Positions 15,695-30,034 of a stretch of 64,000 nt of DNA are shown here, piece after piece. Below the pieces are notes generated by a model, which ran no database searches, was not told the origin of the DNA, and saw only the letters and a program-made list of their open reading frames with translations. This DNA is from Auanema rhodensis (lineage: Eukaryota; Animalia; Nematoda): assembly GCA_964057225.1 (NCBI GenBank), contig OZ059898.1, forward strand, positions 7,006,001 to 7,070,000, read 5' to 3'. Both the position numbers and the translations under genes were made by a program. Every line of letters begins with the position of its first letter. Within the stretch, counting starts at the first letter, position 1.

Positions 15695-17333
15695 TTTAGT
15701 TCTTAATAAAAAATATTCATAAAAAATAACATTTCGTTTTTGTAATGTAAGTCTATGTAAATATGAAAGTTTTAAAAAATAGATATTCAGTAAACATACT
15801 AGAAGGATTCATAAGATTTCGAAGATGACTCAAGCGCTTAGCAATACTTCGTGAACTTCAAAAAAGAAAATTCAAAAAGCAGAATACTTAAAACTAAAAA
15901 AGTAATCAATTTTTCATTGAATTGATAATCAGAAACATAAGCAATTATAATCAGCTGATAGACAGATAAAATCAATAATGAAACAGTCTACGGAAATTGT
16001 TGAAAATGAACTGATAAGTAGCTGTAGTGCTATTGAGGAGGGGGAGAGAAACTGTCACCACGGTTTTCTTCGGCGAGGCGCAACATGAAGAAGATGAGAA
16101 GAATTCAGAGACGCAGGTAGATATAAAACTTGAGAGATAGCACTCATGAAAAGAGAATTGGACCAGAATATTGTTGCATCTAGAAAACAAATGGACAGTC
16201 TGGAGCCGACAATGATGTCGTCCAGATGCCGTTTTTGACCAATTTAATGACATTGTAGTCTTTTTGTATTGAAATCCGACTTCGGATTAAGAGAAATTCA
16301 TCAAAGAAATATTGGCCGCATAATAGTATCGTGAAAAGGGAACCTAAATTCATTCTTAAATCTCATTTGTACATAGATCTTTAATAGTTTATAAGATTTA
16401 CAGAGCGGAATAATACCAGAACTCAATTTTTATATCGTGATCTTGTTTAATGAATACTGAGCATGTTTAGCTTTTATTTGATCAGTAATAATAATATTGA
16501 GATTCAAAAATTATAATAGCAAATACTTATTTGCATCACAACTTTTTATTAATTTCCATGTCCGGCTTAAATTCATTCGTAACTGATTCAACTGCTGAAG
16601 TCTAGCCAAGACTTGCCTTATACACTTCTTCATACAAATCTGCATAGCAACGGCCGTTTTCCTGCTTCAATTATTTTAAACTCGAATGAAAAGTTTTTTT
16701 TTGGAGAGTGAAGGATTTAGCGAATTATTGATCATAAACTACTTTACGCATATATAATGATTTTCATTCAACTTATATTTTTCTATTTTATTCCATGTTT
16801 TAATGACATATAATTGATATACTGGATATATTACCTTTTATTTGTTTACACAATTCTTATCATCGTTTTACATGTCAATGCTCTGTTTATGCAATGCATC
16901 ACCGCTTTGCTTATAATAATTCTCTTTATCCCACAACGGTTTTCACTTTTCTATTATTTGTGACTGTATAACAGCAGATTCAACTTCTCTCTGGGTCACT
17001 AGCAAAACGCTAACCATCTGTTCAACAGAATGTAATAAGTTGTTAATGTAGTAGTTATCTGAATCTGATATTTGTTTTCTTTTGTGTCTTTTTAACTTTA
17101 AGACATTTTTCTCAACTTAGTATTTCGAAACCACAAGATAAAACGTTAATTAGGTTGAAATTTTCATCCCAATTAACTTCTTATATCCTTAAGTATTACG
17201 CAATCTACTACAACGTTTTAATATTTTATATTTTCGTTGGAACGCAATTTATCTTAATATCCCTCCATTATACTCATTTATCTTGTTAGTATTCAGAAAT
17301 AATTAGTGGAACTGGGTATATTTCTAAATTGTC

Positions 17334-18801
17334 ATGGCTAATCATGACAAAGAAACTTTATTACCTTCAACAACAAACAGAACAAAAATTGGTGAAATTT
17401 AACAAAAATTTTAAACATAATTTACTTTTTTAGTGTCATCGACAGAAAGCTCAACTCTTTTCAAAACATATGTAATAATAACAATGATTTTTCTTTGGTC
17501 TGGGTATACTTTAACTGTTCGGTATACTCGAAGTACAGTTCCAACTGAATCAGTAAGCCATATACTTTCTTCTCTTTTGAATGGTTGTTTTAAGCTTTAT
17601 TTTCCGTCTACCGTAGTACTAGTATCAGAAATAGTAAAGCTCTTGGTTACTATTTTCATGTATTTGAGAGAAAGCAATTATCATTTTGGAGAATTTGTAA
17701 TGGTTTGTTCCTGCATTAAGATATAACTAAAACTGTGTTACAGAAAATAAAAAAGTATTATTTTGGTGCTCCTAGAGAGGTTCTGAAAATGGGTGTACCC
17801 TCAGTAGCTTATGCAATACAAAATAATTTAGATTTTATAGGTTTATCAAATTTGGACGCTGGTGTTTATCAGGTATCAAAACAAAGCATAATGAACTATT
17901 AATTAATATTTATTGCTTAATTTACAGGTTACCACGCAACTGAAGGTTGTAACTACAGCCATATTCATGATGATTTTCTTGGGAAGAAGGTTTTCAAAAC
18001 GTCGATGGTTAGCTATTATCATGCTTTTTATTGGAGTAGCTGCTGTTCAGGTTTATTCATATTTATATTCTAGCTTTATTTCAACTGTTTAATAGTTAAA
18101 TAGTATTGGTCAGAATACAGTTAAAAATGAAGAAAACCGTTTGCTTGGGTTATGTGCTGTATTAATGACATGTGTAACTGCAGGATTTGCTGGTTAGTTA
18201 CTTTCATTTTTTTAATGGAAATTATGAATTGAATATCGCTGATCAATTAGACAATTTTCACTGTTATATAACAATTACAACAATTCAGGAGTTTACTTTG
18301 AAAAGATGTTAAAAGACGGTGGATCTACCCCCTTTTGGATTCGAAACATGCAAATGTATAGTTGTGGAGTGGTACATATCATATAAGCAATAGAAATGAT
18401 AATAATATTCTTAATTCAAGATAAGTGCCTTTTTGGGATGTATGACAGAAATTGATGATATTAGTCATAAAGGTTTCTTTTATGGTTATAATTCTCAAGT
18501 TTTTTCTATAGTAGGTTAGTATGCTTCTTTCGTTAACACGTCATTTTATGAATTTGATGGATTATTCAACTGAATTATGCATATCCTTATAGGGTTTCTT
18601 TCCTTTGGTGGCTTGTATATATCGTTGGTAATGAAACACTTGGATAATCTATATAAAAGTTTTGCTTCGGCTATTTCAATTATTTTAGTTGTTATAGTTT
18701 CTTTTTTTATTTTTGATGGTATAATCATCGGATTTTATTTTGTTATAGGAAGCTTTACCGTAATAAGCGCTATTATAATTTACAATTCTGTAAACGTGTA
18801 G
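17334..18801 (+). CDS. ugtp-1: Golgi nucleotide-sugar (UDP-galactose, SLC35A-type) transporter
   Basis: VRYTRS, STVVLVSEIVKL, VPSVAYAIQNNLDF, YQVTTQLKVVTTA, AGFAGVYFEKMLK, FWIRNMQMY, GGLYISLVMKHLDNLYKSFASA. Confidence 0.85.
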
Positions 18802-21334
18802 TTTAAGAATTTATTTTATATTTGTATATGTATTGTTGATCTATGTTCCTTGTAAGATTTGTGATATTCTAGAGCTTTAACTAATCCAGTATTATCTGGA
18901 AAATATACTCTCGTCTTTGATTAAAAATGCAATTCATCTACTATCGTGAATATAATGTCGTTTTCTTTTCACTAATTATGTAACAATATTTGATATGTAA
19001 GAAGTACTGGGTTTTTTTTGAATGTATTGTATAAATTTTTTTCGTAAAAAAAAATATTTTCAAGTTATTAACTTCCTTATCTAAAGATTTTCTTTCTTAT
19101 GGGAATTTATATAGATACACAAACAAAAAAGGTATGTATAGCCTAGTCTGATTTCAGCAAAGAATGTGAGGATATAATTATATTTTTCATCATGTATGCA
19201 GCTTGCTCTTATGTTATTCTTTTCAAAGTATTAATGATGTTAGAAGGCATGATTAAAGAGGAGCCTTTTTGCAGTTCTTAAAATCGTATGAAGCAATTTC
19301 TCTTCGATATATTGCTTCTGATTACATAGTGATCAACACGCGAAATGTAAGCCGCAATGAAGGCAATTGGCTAGACATGATGAAGCCTAGCAAAACTATC
19401 GCATGTCACTCCTCAATTTTACTTGACATTTTTCCTACAAAGCAAAACATTTCGTTTTTTGCTCTTCCAATGAGCTCATCATTGTGAATTTCAATGTCGT
19501 CGTTGTCGGCACGAATGAAAAAGAAAAGGATAGAGGGGGAGTGAAATATAAAGAGAGAAAGAGAGAGCAATTGGTGCCAACAAATCCCATTGGCTTAAGC
19601 AAGTCAACCGTTATGAACAAGACCTTCAGTTTTCTATTTTATGTCATCCAAGAGAATGTTCTTTAATACTTTAGTTCTCCTTAAGTATTTGAACAAGACA
19701 TTTCTATGATTATATTATTAAAATCTTGAAAAAAGATAGAAATTCATTGATACATTTTTAATAGAAAATAATCGTATGGCATCTGTAGAGCAATATGTTT
19801 AACTCCTAAAGTTCTTGTGCCAGCAGGCACCCAAGAGCTTGTCGATTAGCCTGTGGTTAGATGTTATTTGGCTAAAATGGAGATGTGACCATGCTAAATT
19901 TCTATTAAGTTTCAAGCTTCAGCCCCTATTCTAAACGTCTTTTACTGAGCATTATACTCGTTGGATTCAAAGAAATACGAAACAAATTGTTTTTGGTAAT
20001 CTACCTTGGCCAGAAAATAGAAAGGGAGTAGGAGGAGCGAGATAGGATGTGGATTTAGAGGATGCTAAAGAAGAAAAATGTAGCGAAAGTAATGAGAAGC
20101 ATAGCATCATTTTAGTTCGAACGATTATTGGTTTGAACGTACTGAGAAGTAAATTTTTATTTTTTTTTGTTGAGCTGTGAGCGTCACCATGTTTTATACA
20201 TATGTAAATTGTTATTTAGAAGACAAATACTAATAGCTTAACATAAAATAATTCATTTCATCGAAAAAAAAAAGAATTATATGAATAAACTTCTCATTTG
20301 TATTGTTCATTTTTACCAAATACTTGATCACATTTCAATTATGTACAACATGTTTACATCAACCCAATCTATTTTGATGTGAAAATCGTTTGCCATTCTC
20401 ACTCGGTGGCTGGAGTTCCATGTTATATATCTCCTACTTCAGCTTTTTTTGTTCCTTCTAAATCCTCTCTTTATGTATCATTAACTTTTCAAACAGCATG
20501 CGATTTCTGTTTTATTTCAAGCTCAGGTTTCTTTCTTTTACACTTCCTTCCTATTTAGACTGCAATGTAGTTCAGCTACGTTAGCAATTATCGTGGAAGT
20601 ACTCACATCTTTCTAGCTCGAACCAACGTAGAAAGATGAAGTAAAATAGATAGAAGTTTAGACACAAAGAGAATAGTGACAGCTAATGTAAAAGTTTTGT
20701 TCCAAGCACGTGCTATTCCTTTCAAACTAACATTTTATGCTCTGAATTATGTTATATCTATATTATATATAACATATAATATACATATGTAGTATATTAA
20801 GATATAATATATGTTAATAGATTTTTAGGAAACAAAGGGCAAATAAATATATTTTTCTTCGTGTTTAATACAATTGTACACATTTCAAATATTGATCACT
20901 CAAATTCACTTATTTGTATATTTTAATTATAATCATTGCCATGTTTTCATTATTTTCATAAATAGTATTTTCTAACCAAAACATAACAAATCTCAATTCT
21001 ACAGTATAGGTTAAAGGAATTTCTGTATTTGTATTATAAATAAATACTGAATTTACCATAAATGGACTAAAAGTGGAAAAAAGGAAATAAGTAGAAGAGG
21101 AGTGTAAGGGAATAAAATCGTCGAGAGTCTCTGCCTACTTGAGTCATTTTCTTTGTCCAACTCATCCTTTTTATGTTCAATGATAATTACATGTTTCTTT
21201 CTTTTTATTTTTTCTTTTTTCTCAAAATACATATGACTACATGCATAAATGTATATATCTATCTCAAGATACATGTATATCATATCCTCATTCCTCCTTT
21301 GTTCTTATCTCTGTTCTTGTTTCTCCAACGCACA

Positions 21335-21344
21335 TCTCTCTCTG

Positions 21345-21384
<40 letters not shown>

Positions 21385-21456
21385 TCTCTCTCTCTCTCTC
21401 ATTCTCTCTCTCTTTCCCTCTCCCTCTCTCTCTCTCTCTATCTCACTCTTTCTCTC
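21335..21456. repeat. (CT)n/(GA)n microsatellite
   Basis: ~120 bp imperfect TC dinucleotide run. It generates the spurious SLSL ORFs in the track. Confidence 0.95.
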
Positions 21457-23436
21457 AATTAGACTATGGAAGCATACTACTTACCACTAGCATACATTTT
21501 AAAAACATAAAAAAAGTTAAATAATGAAGCCGTTCTTTTAGTTTATTAGATGTCTTTGTTGTTAACCTTTTCAATTTTTGTTTAATTCTATTTTTGAATA
21601 AATCTCAAAGATTAACATTCAATTAAGTTAATTCTTATCTGTTATCTAACAGCTAATTTTTATTTCACATTCTTTACATTTTCTACTATTCTTTCCTTCT
21701 ATATCATATTCGTGTATTTTTTGATCAAAGTACTTACACGATTTTTTAAAAGAAATCTTTGTGGTATAATAAACGATTATAAAATAAATTTGTTAAAATA
21801 CCTAAGAAAAAGTTTTACATTTTATAAAATGGTGTATACTTCAGAACTTAATTACTTGTAAGAACATAAACTGAGAGTAGATTCGTTTAGTCTATAATCG
21901 CTTTGAGAAACTATAATACAAGGTTTCGTTTAAAACTTTTCCTTTTTTTATTAGTATTTCTGAATATTTTGAAGTGACATTCAATTTTTTTTTCAATTTA
22001 CTCATTTTTTATATTTCTTCTCTTTTTGTCGTTCACTACTGCGTATTCTTTTTATAGTTTTAACTGACAAGAAAGTGAATGCAAGTTCATTCATCCAGAG
22101 AAGCATACACTCGTCCAACAACTCATATTATATCGAGAATTTCGTATTTCATACTACTAACAGAATAAAAGTAGAGGTAAAAATATTATTCTCTCTAAAT
22201 TATTTCATTTGAATCTAATAAATTCTAAAAGATCTGATTTTATCCGAATTTTAATGTTTATACCAAGGCAAGCTTTTTCATCTATTACTAGCTTTGAATG
22301 TGCCAGAGGCTATTGCAAATCCTGTAAAACCAGGAAGAGAAAGAAGAGCATGGGACAAGAGATTCAGTCAAAAAGAAGAGCATATGAACGGATAAAAAGG
22401 AAGAGTCAACGGGGTAAAAGGCAGAAGAACGTTAAGCATTAGGCAAAATGATTTTCGTATCTTACGTGAAGTACACAATAGTCAAATTCGATCAATGCTA
22501 TTTTCATCCCAGCTTTTTGAATTTTTTATTGAAAATTTTTCTGAACAAAGAATAGGTTCTGATGTGATGTCATAAACGTATTGCTCCCTTCTTAATGTTG
22601 CTTCTCATTCAAAAATAATTTTTTTAAAATAACTTTCATTGTTTCTTCTTCCAAGTTAAGCCTTTTTGTCCAGTTGCTTCTTCCTTAAATAAAAAAGATG
22701 AATAAATCAGGAGCTAAAGAAGAGTTCAAAGCACTCTCTTCTGCTTAGTCATGGTTTACATTTTCCTGTTTTCCAGCATATTCTTCGAATGGAAATAAAG
22801 TTTTGACACATTTAATGTACTCACACTTACTTATATGAACTTGAAGAAATTGGTCATTTGCTATCGCTTTCAGGAAGAAGTTTTCCGCTATTCTTTGAAA
22901 CAATAATGATTTCTCTTACATAGTCATTTATGTCCTTCTCTTCTTTTAAAGCCATATTCTCAAAGTATTGCTGACATCCAAGAACAACTATTGAAACCCT
23001 AAAAACCTCAAGTTGCTCTTGTATATTAATATTATAATTTAAAATAAATATTCTTAAACAGACTAATTGAGCTAAGTGTTCAGATTCTCATATTTCAAAT
23101 GATATTCAGATACGATAAAACTCGTATTCTATCTACTTACTACAATTCTCAAAATGATAATATAATTTATAACGATTGTTATATTGCTTCAGAAAGATTG
23201 TTATTTTCTTTACTTCCATCTGTATATCACGTTTATTCGATTTCAAACGACGACAAGACGTTTCCGCCTGAAATACTTAGGATTTTTCATAATTCCTTTC
23301 TAATTTTTCTATATATTGCTCATTCCTCCCACTTTCTGAAAAAAAAAAACATAATTTTAGCTTTCTTTTTATTTTTCTATTTTTATCTCATTGATCATAA
23401 AATACTCATTCAAAACTTTTCAGAGAGCTTCTAATT

Positions 23437-24811
23437 ATGGCATCATATGCCAAAAAGACATCGAATCCGGGAAGAAAAAAACTTTTTCATTCATCAGCAC
23501 TTTTTTCTTTATTTTGGTCTGTTTTCTATGGTGGTCGTGTAATCGTCTTTGCTTTAACCTCATTTCGTTATGCTAATCAGCGTGAAAATGTCAGCTATGT
23601 AGAATGGGAAGGTTGGTTACAAAACAAGTTTAATTTTAATTGTTCCATATAAAACAAGGGATTTAGTTTGTTCTAATTGTTTCATTTCAGTTATTCAATG
23701 CCTTCTATCAGCCATGGGAATTTTAATATCATTATCTCTCTTCAATGCTTATAAAATTGTTTGTTTTTTACTAAAATTTCTTCAATAATCACTAACTCTT
23801 ATTGAGAAATACTGTAATCCTCAAACAATAAGGGTTATATACAAGTGAAATTTACTTGCCCACAATATACTTTTAAGTAATCAAGCATGAGTTTAGAAAA
23901 AGTAAAACGATAAACCTTAGTACTGCAAATGAATAGAATTGTTTCAATTCTAAGAAAATTTAAATCCTTACATGTTTTGTTCATCAACTTCACGGAAAAA
24001 ACAAAATTCTACAAGACAGAATTAAAACAAAAAACATTAAATATTCAAATATTATAGAAAAGTGCTACCTTGTTAATATTTTCTTGGCTATCATGGATGT
24101 TTTCCAACTTTATGATATCACTATTATTACTTCATAGAAGTATTTTTGATGTGAGTTTTTTATCAACATCATTTAATACTGATATAAATATCAAATTACA
24201 AATATCATTAATAATTAATTAAAGCTATTGGCTGTCGGTATATTTTAGAGAATTTAATTTATTTTTAAAAAAATAAAGAACAATATCCGAATTTAGAATT
24301 TGAAACAATATAGAATCAACTACCTAAGTTGTTATTCAAAAATTTGTCGTTTTATCTTCAAATGATTAGCCTGTTTATAAAAATAAATAATCTTGAAAAA
24401 CTAGAAAACTTTACTTATTAACATAATATTTATTTATTTTTAGTTGGCAATGAAAGATATGAGCCTTGCTGCAACATTTAATGATATTTTGGATTTAGCT
24501 CATTTAGTCAATGCACCGACTACGGTTTGCTCACAGAGACAAATGATATTTAATAACAAAATTTTTTTCAGATTTATTTCATTCTTGTTTTTGTTACTGG
24601 TTGTTTTCAAAGCCAAGTTAAAAAATCCCGTGACATTATTTTTGGAGCGATCAGAACCCCATTTGGATATCGTAAGTTGACCTGTTTTTATTTTTATTAC
24701 AGTATAATATAGTATATTAATATTTTTCTTGTTTAAGGTAAACTCGACAAGTGCGAAGTTCTTCACATGCATGAAGGAGCAATAGATGAAGAAATTGTCT
24801 ACTACGTTTAA
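23437..24811 (+). CDS. Uncharacterised small multi-pass membrane protein (~6 exons)
   Basis: TTTTCAG upstream of ATG 23437. Exons near 23437-23611, 23691-23758, 24058-24150, 24444-24524, 24572-24671 and 24738-24811 join in frame through GT-AG sites and give about four hydrophobic segments, ending IDEEIVYYV*. Confidence 0.55.
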
Positions 24812-25431
24812 AAACGATTACGTTTCAATTCTTCATTCTGGAACCAATTTGAACGTCTTTCTGGCACAGAAAGGTAACTTAGAAAACAAGGGATGATGAC
24901 ATAGATTTATAAATTACTGTTAGAATTGTTTACATTCCTGATAACTTGTTATAGTATTACCTTTTATCTTTATCTGGTTAATAAAATATGCACACGAATC
25001 TATTTGCTTAATTAAATTTGAAAAACAGTAGAACTTAATTGGTCTGTGTTGTGGTGTTTTTCTCTCAGGAATTCCCATACCACAAAACTCCTTTCAATAT
25101 CATAATAAAGCCTACATTACTTACCAATAGTTTTAGAAATGGAACCGACATACATGTCGCAGAGCGAATTACCCTTTTGCATGATAAAATAGAACATTGC
25201 AACAGAAATACTTTGAATATGTACAAGTTATCAACCCATTGTTAAAACGTTAATCCAACCATACCAAATTACCTTTCAATTAACATAGCAAACAGATGCT
25301 ACGCCTATTATGACCACCATGAGGTGCATATTAATGTCATATTATAATTTTTCGTATGTACAAATAATTTTGTCTTTGATGGAATTATTAAAAACGTTTT
25401 AAACGAACAATGTTTAATAACAAGTAACAGC

Positions 25432-25982
<551 letters not shown>

Positions 25983-26397
25983 TATCCAAGACTAAAATTA
26001 AAAAAAAACATTCGAAAACTTTCACATGACTATAACATATAAGTAATATTTCTACTTATTGTAAACAACTCAGAATTCAAACCAAATAATATAAAAATAG
26101 GAAAAAAATTCAAGAATTGCTTTAGGATAAAACGAAACAAAAATTTTTCTGCACTACTTTTGCGCCAATATTATACATACTGCCTATCAACACTTCATAA
26201 CAGACGATGCGCAGCTTTGCGTCCCGTCACGAAATTATTTTTTGGTGTCTTGTGTTCAGTTTCTCTCCGATTTTGGGATTTTGGGGTTATTTTTCTAATC
26301 TTAACTTTTATATTTTTGAAACTTATGTTATTATAATTTGAGATTTTTATGATAAGTTAAGCATATACATTTTCTAGAATTCAATTATGTATAGAAA

Positions 26398-27610
26398 ATG
26401 TTGACTCTCATATGGCTTATAATCCGGGAATTTTTTCTCGGAGTTTATCATTCACTTACGGGTTTAAGTGTAAGTAATTTGTACATTATATATTCGAATT
26501 GAACCTAATTTTTAGTTAATTTTAAAATTGGATAAGGACGTTACTTCTGTCATTGTAAACTCGTCAACTACTGAAAAGCCAGATCGTAAAAGTGTACTTG
26601 CTGTATGTTTTTTTTTATTTTGGAACCTTACTCATTTACTCAATTTTAGAAACGGAGGACAAATAATGGTGTTGTAGATAGGCCTGCGGAACCCATTGTC
26701 AGGTACAATGTTCCAGCATGGATGAGGTAATAAAATATAAATTCCTTGCTTTTTTTAATAGTATTAATTACAGAATTCTGTATTGTATACTTGGTAACAT
26801 GCTGTGCATGTTGGCGTTTTGGATTTTCTCGATCACTCTTCGATTCATACTTAGATTTTTAACAATTCATTCGGATATTGTGGCTGATGCTGCCACGGGA
26901 TTCTTAGTTTTTCCTTTATTCCTGATTTTGAGAGCCTTAATGGTGTTATGGTTTTCTGATATAGCTAGTGCTTGTAATAGGACTCTCAAAATGCCTGAAG
27001 GAAGACCAATAGATATTAGGTATGGTTAGCTTGTCAGAAAAAAAAATTAATGCTATATTTTTAAGAGTTGCTCTTGCTGATATAGGATTCTCAGCCTTTT
27101 TGGGAGTAGTTTTCCTGGGTCAAGCCATATTAGTTGGCTATATACTTTTACCAATTCCCGGTATATCAACACTTGTTCAATTCGTTCATATGTCATTATT
27201 GAATGCCATGTATAGGTGAGGAGCTATATCATGATTTTTTTTATAGTGAATTTTTCAGTTTCGAATATTTTTGGACTTCTAGAGGGTATAGCTTGAACGA
27301 AAGACTATACCGTTTGCATACTAATTGGCCTTATTATGTTGGGTTCGGATCATTATTAACATTAGTTACTACTTCTACTGGTAATTTCATTGTTGACGGT
27401 TGCTTGTTTGGTGCCTTATTTCCGTTTACCATTATCAGTTCATATCAGGTTGGTGCTCATCTAATTTCCTATTTACCAAAGCTTTTTCAGGCAGAGTGGA
27501 ATAATCGCAATAGAGTCCCAAATAAGATCATTCCCCCTTTTCAAATGTTATACCCTTCGAGAGTTGTGACTGACAAAATAGTTTCAAAAGTTACACAATT
27601 ATTTGTTTAA
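26398..27610 (+). CDS. epg-4: EI24/PIG8 autophagy protein
   Basis: Multi-TM protein with LWFSDIASAC, HMSLLNAMY(S)FEYFW and RLHTNWPYYVGFG (EI24 signature). Divergent from rps-14 and followed by rpl-36. Confidence 0.88.
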
Positions 27611-27801
27611 AGTTTTGTATGATATTTTGTAAATTTTCATGTACATATTTTCCTTAGCCATTCTTTACGTGTATATGCGCTTGCTCAATTTGGTACCAAG
27701 TACACATGTTTTATAATTTATATCAATGTTCTTGGGGTTTTAGCCCAGTTCGTATCTTCATTGCATTTTTAAAATTTTTGTATTTAATGTTTTGTTTAGT
27801 A

Positions 27802-28159
27802 ATGGCTCAACCCGCTATTGAGGGACTGGCTGTTGGTCAGAACAAGGGATTCGCCGTCACCAAGAACGTGCGCAAGCAGAAGCAGAGCCGTAAGATCGGA
27901 GCTGCCTCCAAGAAAAACAAGGTTAGCAGGAAGCTAAAAATCGGCATTGATGTATATACTTAAGGTTGTTCGCGAGTTGGTCCGTGAGATCACTGGATTC
28001 GCTCCCTATGAGAAGCGTGTTCTTGAAATGCTCCGTATTTCTAAGGATAAGAGAGCTCTCAAGTTCTTGAAGAAGCGCATAGGAACCCACCTTCGTGCCA
28101 AGAAGAAGCGTGAGGAACTCCAGAACGTCATTGTTGCTCAACGCAAGCACCATAAGTAA
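27802..28159 (+). CDS. rpl-36: 60S ribosomal protein L36 (eL36), 2 exons
   Basis: [16 protein letters not shown]..|[52 protein letters not shown]. Confidence 0.99.
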
Positions 28160-28277
28160 ATTGTTGTTGTTGAATCATAAATTGTTTCTACATATTCTTC
28201 CGTTGTTTTTGCGTTGTTCGCTTGTATATCAGGGATTGTTGGGAAGACAGTTTAGTATAATTGACACGTTGTAACAG

Positions 28278-28913
28278 ATGCTGAGAGGTTTCACCAGAGT
28301 TGCTTCATTGGCCGTGAAAGCCTATAGTCCTGCCACCAAAGTTACTCCAATAGTGAGCAGATTGGGTCAAGTTAGGTTCGTAAAGGGGATATCAGTTATA
28401 ATAAAATTTGGAGAATCAGAATTGAGGTTATAGGTTGAGCCATGTTGAGATGTTTGGACCTTTCGACCCTCCCAAACAATTAACGTTCAAAGATGTCGAA
28501 TCTCGTGTGCTCAAGGCTGTTAGAGCTTGGGATCGTTTCCCAGTTGACAAGGAAACTCTTTTGAAGATAGATGCTGACTTTAGCAAAGATTTGGGTTTTG
28601 ATTCTCTTGATCATGTTAGTTTCTTTTTTGTTATGTGTTTTTTGATATTTATGTTGAATGAGTGCAATGATTCGAATAAGGTTTGGATTAAATTATTCCG
28701 TATGCTTTAGGTAGAAATTATGATGGCAGTTGAAGATGAATTTGGATTTGAAATACCTTTGGAAGACTCTGAAAAACTCAAAACACCTAAAGATGTTTTC
28801 AAGTAAGTATAATTATTTTTGCTGAATTGAATTGGTGCCTTTTGTTTTCTAAATATTATGCTCTATATTATTTTTTCAGGTATATATGCGAGCGTGAAGA
28901 TGTTTATAATTAG
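28278..28913 (+). CDS. Mitochondrial acyl carrier protein (NDUFAB1-like), 4 exons
   Basis: Basic/hydroxylated presequence MLRGFTRVASLAVK, then DLGFDSLDH|VEIMMAVEDEFGFEIP (phosphopantetheine DSL motif). Stop TAG 28911-28913. Confidence 0.93.
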
Positions 28914-30034
28914 GAGGACCTTCACACAACTTGTAGAAACAGTGTGTGCACATTCTTATTATCAATAGCTTAGCTCATTCATAGAAATACGTGGTTACTT
29001 TACTTTCGCAGTTTCTGGTCGATTGAACATGAAAGTTGTCTCACATGTACAGATTTAAATAAAATACTGTATATTATTTTTATTTGTTTATCTATATTTT
29101 TATTTTTGAACAAAGTTTACCAACCCAAGTTCAATTATCAAGAGTTCAGGTTAATGAGACTTATCAGAGCTCACACACACTGCCTAATCAGATATACACA
29201 AGGCCATTGGGGGGATTTTTTTGATCTTTTGATGTTTGGCCTCAATCCAACAATGGGTGTATATGTATAGCTCAAGACGAATGTTGAAGAAACAACGTGG
29301 ACCTGTAGTTGCTAATTGCTGTATCCTTTCTTCCCCATCATATCTATTATGTTTGCTTCAAAGAGGCCACGAGAATATCATTGCAAACCACGTGGTGCAT
29401 GCAAATATGAATTATGATGATTATGATGATCATAAATTCGAGAATTTTATCTCTATTTGACTATCTCTTCTAGTTTTCCGGATGATATATTGGCACCTTA
29501 ATTGGTATATATAAACAACCAAATTTTTACATTTATTAATCATCAAACTATGATGTCTCTAACTTGTATTGTTTGTACTCTACGGAACTGGTATCGATAT
29601 TGACTGGTGTATTAGATACCTGACTTAGTCCTTTTCTATCTCGTAGCATCATCCGTCTTCTTGCACATTTCTTTTCGTCTTAGCAACAGTTCTTCCTGCA
29701 ATGAAACTTTAACTATTGTCAAAATATTTCATAAAACTAGGTGGTGTTCATCATCGAAGTTCAATTTCCTTTATAAGTGTTATAAACATATTGCCTCATT
29801 CTTGTAAACTACCAGTAGAAACAATGTATTATCTACCCCATACTTTTTCATTCGATTTTTTTAAATATCCAGATTTAATATAAGGACTGCTGTACTACTA
29901 TGATTGTCATAGTAATGAATGTTCTTTTTAATTCCTTTTCATATCGTACTCAGTTAAATACGAATTTATAAATGTTTTAATTTCGTGCTTAGTCAATACC
30001 ACTCCTAGCATTAAATTCTATTTTCTAATTAGGA

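Noticed and set aside
19809-19895. Two adjacent hairpins, possible snoRNA or miRNA
   Set aside because: No H, ACA, C or D boxes in the right positions, and stems too short or irregular for a pre-miRNA.
21053-21524. Several overlapping 70-105 aa ORFs
   Set aside because: Artefacts of the (CT)n microsatellite.
29572-29600. TTTGTACTCTACGGAACTGG resembling miR-238/239 (seed UUGUACU)
   Set aside because: No complementary star arm found on either side.
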